A stretch of 64,000 nt of DNA, taken from NCBI RefSeq assembly GCF_006345805.1, contig NC_042999.1:46190001-46254000 (forward strand), in the 5' to 3' direction. This document shows, in pieces, positions 63,792-64,000 of this stretch (position 1 is its first letter; every line of letters starts with the position of its first letter). The translations under genes were made by a program, and so were the position numbers. The stretch comes from Octopus sinensis. Its lineage: Eukaryota. The notes under the pieces were generated by a model, which had not been told where the DNA came from, did no database searches, and worked only from the letters and a program-made list of their open reading frames with translations.

Positions 63792-64000
63792 CTAGCCAGA
63801 AGAATTTGTACCATTATAGAAGATGCAAATATCAGGAACAAACGCTTAACAGAACTAAGAGAATTTTTGCTCAAACAAAAATACCCATCTCTACTTATAG
63901 AAAATGGCATACAGCGGGCTATAAAAATACCCATACAACAACTTAGGACAACCCAAGGAAGAGGAAAACAAGAACAAGTCATACCATTCATAGTGACACA
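63792..64000 (+). mobile_element. Penelope-like element fragment (RT thumb/linker), runs off the window
   Basis: LARRICTIIEDANIRNKRLTELREFLLKQKYPSLLIENGIQRA...VIPFIVT. Confidence 0.75.

Overview
AT-rich, microsatellite-dense animal genomic DNA. The SINE families and repeat landscape point to an octopus (coleoid cephalopod); this is an inference. Almost all ORFs in the supplied track are microsatellite or SINE artefacts. The real host gene is on the + strand and is split into small exons the ORF track misses. I assembled 12 coding exons by hand (13559-58575, incomplete at both ends). They encode an N-terminal RUN domain, a 1974-nt Ser-rich exon and the start of a Rubicon-homology (RH) zinc-binding domain, i.e. 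a PLEKHM1/Rubicon-family Rab7-effector-like protein. One RH exon (49665-49793) is tandemly duplicated in a 1.38-kb unit whose junction is a chimeric SINE, and the second copy is frameshifted as assembled. The introns hold a near full-length Dong/R4-clade (TAA)n-inserted retrotransposon and three truncated relatives from two other lineages, all sharing a covarying 33-nt 3'UTR hairpin. They also hold Penelope-like fragments with variant minimal hammerhead folds, two mariners, RTE and HERO-like LINE fragments, Mutator-like long-TIR elements, a Helitron-like element, a ~195-bp-arm foldback and at least five modular SINE families. There is a 100-N gap at 60560-60659. Several frameshifts look like small-indel assembly errors, so apparent disablements need read-level checking. 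Coordinates were counted by hand; SINE and decayed-element boundaries are approximate, and all homology calls are from memory of family motifs, not database searches.
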